In this document: one piece after another, positions 35,227 through 36,251 of the stretch
How positions within the stretch are numbered: position 1 is the first letter of the stretch
Layout of the letters: each line of letters begins with the position of its first letter
Source: Nemertoderma westbladi
Taxonomy: Eukaryota > Animalia > Xenacoelomorpha
NCBI GenBank assembly: GCA_032718475.1
Contig: JAUCBJ010006111.1
Coordinates: forward strand, 1 to 36,251
Direction: 5' to 3'
Length of the DNA: 36,251 nt
Position numbers and translations under genes: made by a program
The notes under the pieces: model-generated
Seen by the model: the letters and a program-made list of their open reading frames with translations, nothing else
Told to the model about the DNA's origin: nothing
The model's database searches: none

Positions 35227-36251
35227 TATGGGCGAATATACGCGCCTATGCAGGGCAGCCTAATAACGAAAAAGGAAACATTGGGCAAAGTACACAATAG
35301 TAGTATATTAGTATATGTTAAAAAACACTGTTTGTAAGGAATGTATCTTCTCCTGCAATTCTGAACGAAATAAAGCGAAATTTTGCAGAGCATGTCCAAT
35401 AGATGCTCCCTATGTGATGTCGACAGAATTTGGATTGAGTGAATTCTACGATTATGATCGGTCATTCTAGAATTAATTTCATGGTTGCTACAGTAGGCAA
35501 CCAATAGGTCCCTAGCAACCAAAATCTTGCATACACTAGGTCCGATAATGAACCTATCATCAAAGTTTCATCCAAAATAAGATAAAAAAAATGGGTAAAT
35601 GATTTTGATATGTTACATTATTTTCGGTATTTTAGCTATGGTGAAAAATGTAGTTAAATTTCAATCATTTTTACAAAGTCATTGTCGAACAAAGAAAGAT
35701 GGTATTATCTAAAACAGCGGGAGAGTAAGGAATTTTCCTTAAATTTTAAATCCATTTATCTCAGAATGTGGGGCGAGCCACGCAGTAAAGGCGAGCCTTA
35801 GCGCACAATTATAATTCGTAAATAGGGCAAAATTTCATGTCCGTATGTCTGTCTTTCTGTAATGAAAAATTCATTAGTAAATAACTTTGAGGATTTTAAC
35901 CACTTTCAACCAAATTTTGTATAGGCATACTAGACAAAAAGTTACAATATTTTTTAAAGTTACGGGCAAATACCTCTCGAACTTTTGAGTTCAAGTTCGC
36001 GTTCGAATAAGTTCGCGTGTTGCGCGATGCCCCACGAACGTGTATATAAGTGCTTATAAGTTACTATACACCCCCCCCCCCCCCCCCCCCCCCCTAGGGT
36101 GCATCAAATATATAAGAAAATTTTAAAATTGTTTTTTATATATCTCCTGGGCCATAATCATGTTGTATTGATCAAAAAACACCTCTAAATTAAATTTCAA
36201 CACAATTGAATGATGTTAAGAGGTACAGCAAGAGGCAGCAAAGATTTCTGT

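Noticed and set aside
35032-35522. 101-aa and 139-aa ORFs
   Set aside because: They overlap the AT-rich 172-bp repeat; no protein motif.

Overview
AT-rich eukaryotic genomic DNA, most likely from an invertebrate animal, dominated by repeats and non-LTR retrotransposons. The only recognisable host-type gene is a single-exon, signal-peptide-bearing, 11-cysteine bursicon-like cystine-knot sequence at 120-518. It has one in-frame TAA, so the ORF track misses it. The main feature is a near-complete CRE-clade-like retrotransposon with a restriction-like endonuclease (about 5419-9858). It has an N-terminal Cys cluster, a long Val/Pro/Gly/Ser decapeptide repeat, RT, a CCHC knuckle, RLE and a poly(A) tail, and it sits inside a 28-bp satellite array with an apparent 92-bp target-site duplication. 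Its 3' end and downstream flank are tandemly duplicated (1.67/1.64 kb). Further right are an RTE fragment with inverted partial copies, decayed LINE pieces, a Ulp1-like protease fragment, a 5'-truncated CR1/L2-group element, 2.08 kb of (TATC)n, a two-ORF Proto2/RTEX-like element, a tRNA-derived relic, a 50-bp hAT-type MITE, and a TIR element whose right arm is triplicated. Family assignments come from motif recognition only; no database search was run.
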